From: an uncultured Gammaproteobacteria bacterium
GTDB taxonomy: Bacteria; Pseudomonadota; Gammaproteobacteria; CAWCPV01
Assembly (NCBI GenBank): GCA_963797555.1
Contig: CAWCPV010000003.1
Span: 928,001-992,000, forward strand
Length of the DNA: 64,000 nucleotides
Direction of reading: 5' to 3'
Part shown: positions 61,958 through 64,000 of the stretch, in pieces
How the letters are laid out: every line of letters starts with the position of its first letter
Position numbering within the stretch: position 1 is the first letter of the stretch
The notes under the pieces: generated by a model
Seen by the model: the letters and a program-made list of their open reading frames with translations, nothing else
Told to the model about the DNA's origin: nothing
Database searches by the model: none
Position numbers and translations under genes: made by a program

Positions 61958-61986
61958 TTGCACGAATTTGTGGCGCCACTTAGGGT
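61958..61986 (+). promoter_or_regulatory. Candidate cassette promoter (Pc-like)
   Basis: TTGCAC-N17-TAGGGT just upstream of the attI crossover. Confidence 0.5.
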
Positions 61987-62004
61987 GTCGACTTCATGTT
62001 AGGC
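61987..62004 (+). mobile_element. attI recombination site (core G/TTAGGC)
   Basis: GTTRRRY core at 61998-62004, upstream of divergent intI, where base composition turns AT-rich; left boundary approximate. Confidence 0.75.
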
Positions 62005-62024
62005 ACTTCAACGGAGAGGAAACA

Positions 62025-62924
62025 GTGATAGTCAAGCAACTATTTTACGAAGCGGAGACGATAATAGCTCGGGCGCAGACAAGAAGCGAAAGTCAGGACT
62101 TTCAACGACAATACGAGATTATACGTACCCGAACGTGGGCTCGCGTTACAAGTGAGCCCGATATTCTTAACAGCTTGTTTGTTCAGGCGGCGAGCTATAG
62201 CGTCGTAAGGAAGTTTTTTGATATTCTTTACCCTGAAGATATATGGCGCCTTAACGATTACTATGGCACGAATTTCTTTAAACCAAAGGAAGTTCCCGCA
62301 CTTGATTATGATGGCTGGGTCAACGCTACCATTTCTTTGGGAAATGTACTCTTAAAAGAGGAAAAAATACGTCCGGTCGCTTCTCTTGAAGATGTGGTGT
62401 CCAGTCTCAAGTCCGCAAAACAACAAGAATGGAAGTCGTACACGAAGGAACCTAGGTTGCGAATCGTACTGTCTCTCGCCACAGGTCTTCCAAAAGTAAA
62501 AAGAGAGGTTATCGCTAACCCATCTCAATTCTTGGACAGACTAGATCATTTATCGAAGAGCAGCCCCGGAAGGGCGTTTGATTACGCAACCAAGTTTTCT
62601 CAAGGAATTATAGAAATGGGCAACGCACTCGTCTGTAATTTTTTCAAAGAGCTTGGTCTTCTGTATTACGTTAAGGTAGATGTACACGTCGGCGACTTTA
62701 TTAACAAAGTGTCGTTTTGCAAAGAATTTAGCAAGAGGGATGCCTTTATAATGAGCTGGCTGCTCGCAAGAGAGGCAAGAATGGAGCCATTCTTTCTGGA
62801 TAAGATATTGTATGTTGGAGGCAAGTATTTGAAGCCTCAAATGACAGAATTATTCAAGAAGCACAGAGAAGAATATATACGAGATATCAATTCCTTAACT
62901 TCGGAAATGCAAAAATATAGATAG
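62025..62924 (+). CDS. Cassette gene 1: HhH-type DNA glycosylase-like protein (299 aa)
   Basis: GTG start with GGAGAGG SD; IIEMGNALVCNFFKELG...KVDVHV resembles helix-hairpin-helix plus catalytic Asp; C-terminal P..LDKILY. Confidence 0.6.
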   Translation: MIVKQLFYEAETIIARAQTRSESQDFQRQYEIIRTRTWARVTSEPDILNSLFVQAASYSVVRKFFDILYPEDIWRLNDYYGTNFFKPKEVPALDYDGWVNATISLGNVLLKEEKIRPVASLEDVVSSLKSAKQQEWKSYTKEPRLRIVLSLATGLPKVKREVIANPSQFLDRLDHLSKSSPGRAFDYATKFSQGIIEMGNALVCNFFKELGLLYYVKVDVHVGDFINKVSFCKEFSKRDAFIMSWLLAREARMEPFFLDKILYVGGKYLKPQMTELFKKHREEYIRDINSLTSEMQKYR

Positions 62925-63062
62925 CTCTCAAACAATCTTCAGCTAATACCAGGCCACACTCAGAATTCACGGCAGCTGCAACTCTTGCTCAGGAATCTTT
63001 TCCAAAGTAGCACCAAGCAATCCTACGCGGTTGCCGCTGGCCGTGACCAAACGGAGGATATC

Positions 63063-63290
63063 ATGGCGTGGAACTGGAGTGAAACCAAGGCCCGGAAATT
63101 GATGCGCCGCAAACCCGTCCCCCTCGGCGACGGCGAGAACAGCAAAAAGGTCCAAGAACTGGCTAATCAGCTTATGCGCCAAGGGCACACCCGGCAAAAG
63201 GCATACGCAAAAGCCCGGGCCAAGCTGAATGAAGAGTATCGGAAAAAGGATGCAAGGTTTATTTCTGGAGGAAAGTGTAGTAAGAAATAG
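63063..63290 (+). CDS. Cassette gene 2: small basic helical protein (75 aa)
   Basis: GGAGG SD; Lys/Arg-rich MAWNWSETKARKLMRRK... Confidence 0.7.
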   Translation: MAWNWSETKARKLMRRKPVPLGDGENSKKVQELANQLMRQGHTRQKAYAKARAKLNEEYRKKDARFISGGKCSKK

Positions 63291-63434
63291 TTCGGAGCAG
63301 ACATACATCCGTCTTGTCGGCTTGATGATCCGAATTGGATTTCCGATCAACCGAAGAAACGGGGATGCATAAAGATTTTGCACCACAGGAATGAGGAGTT
63401 CATTAACTTTTAGGCCGAACATTGGGGTAATCAC

Positions 63435-63797
63435 ATGAATGCAAATATACCAGTCTCTCCGAGCGTAATCGGCACGCTCTTAGAGTCGGTTGCAAAGCGT
63501 CGTAGCCAAATATACTACAGTCGCATTGTTGAGCAGTTTGGCTTCCCACCGCTGGATGGAGCATGGAGCTCACATCCCCTTGCGCAAGTCTTCGAAGTGT
63601 TAGATCAGCAGGACGCAGTGGCAAATCGACCGTTCCGCACGTCAGTAGTTGTAGCGGTCGGATCGAATCGGCCTGGCAACGGATTTTACGAAGCGCTTCA
63701 CCGTCTGAAGAACATTCCTGACCCAGGAACGCAAAATGCTTGGGATGCCATTTGGGCCGCAGAGATGCAAGCGGCTCACAGTTACAATTGGCCATGA
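63435..63797 (+). CDS. Cassette gene 3: 120-aa hypothetical protein
   Basis: L..VA.....IYYS.I, RPFRTSVVV....RPGNGFY; stop 43 nt before the attC. Confidence 0.8.
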   Translation: MNANIPVSPSVIGTLLESVAKRRSQIYYSRIVEQFGFPPLDGAWSSHPLAQVFEVLDQQDAVANRPFRTSVVVAVGSNRPGNGFYEALHRLKNIPDPGTQNAWDAIWAAEMQAAHSYNWP

Positions 63798-63839
63798 ACG
63801 AGACCCGGAGAATCAGGTGGGTCCGCGTTTCGAAGAGAC

Positions 63840-63914
63840 GCCTAACCATCACTTCCAGCCGACCGCTCCAGTCGCTGCGCTCCTTGCGCGATCGGCTGAA
63901 GTGAGCCGTTAGGA
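63840..63914 (+). mobile_element. attC site (75 bp)
   Basis: R'' GCCTAAC, L'' arm TCACTTCCAGCCGA, L' arm TCGGCTGAAGTGA (one extrahelical base), R' GTTAGGA. Confidence 0.93.
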
Positions 63915-63930
63915 TGTACGAGAGCTACAT

Positions 63931-64000
63931 ATGAGCGAATCACTACAGGCCGCCTTCATTGCCCTGGCGGGGGTTGCTCTTGGTGGCGTCTTAACAGGCT
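63931..64000 (+). CDS. Start of the next cassette ORF (N-terminal TM), cut by the window edge
   Basis: MSESLQAAFIALAGVALGGVLTG immediately after attC. Confidence 0.65.
   Translation, partial: MSESLQAAFIALAGVALGGVLTG

Overview
GC-rich gammaproteobacterial chromosome segment, most consistent with a Chromatiales-like autotroph or sulfur oxidiser (inference from gene content). Left to right: (1) a secreted Gly/Pro/Met-rich repeat protein; (2) a carbon-fixation-associated block (prkB, glyoxylate-type aminotransferase, PPi-type phosphofructokinase, H+-PPase); (3) an LRR-Roc-COR-TIR (Roco) gene behind a long, apparently structured leader, next to an orphan ParA; (4) the conserved rpsB-tsf-pyrH-frr-uppS-cdsA-dxr-rseP-bamA-skp-lpxD-fabZ-lpxA-lpxB run with map-glnD; (5) a Hyn-type (group 1e-like) [NiFe]-hydrogenase operon with hynS fused in frame to isp1 and isp2 internally deleted; (6) hisS-yfgM-bamB-der; (7) exeA-exeB followed by an ~8.3 kb accessory island bracketed by a diverged ~620 bp duplication of the exeB 3' end, carrying an ISL3 element, a di-iron protein, a sigma54 activator and its decayed paralogue, and a small ORF absent from the ORF track behind a sigma54-type promoter; (8) an integron with a broken integrase whose first cassette appears to be a single ~1.9 kb three-gene unit led by an HhH DNA-glycosylase-like protein, the best candidate here for an undescribed (possibly anti-phage) system. 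Several genes have lost their middles or carry frameshifts, suggesting ongoing decay. All calls are motif recognition by eye; no searches were run.
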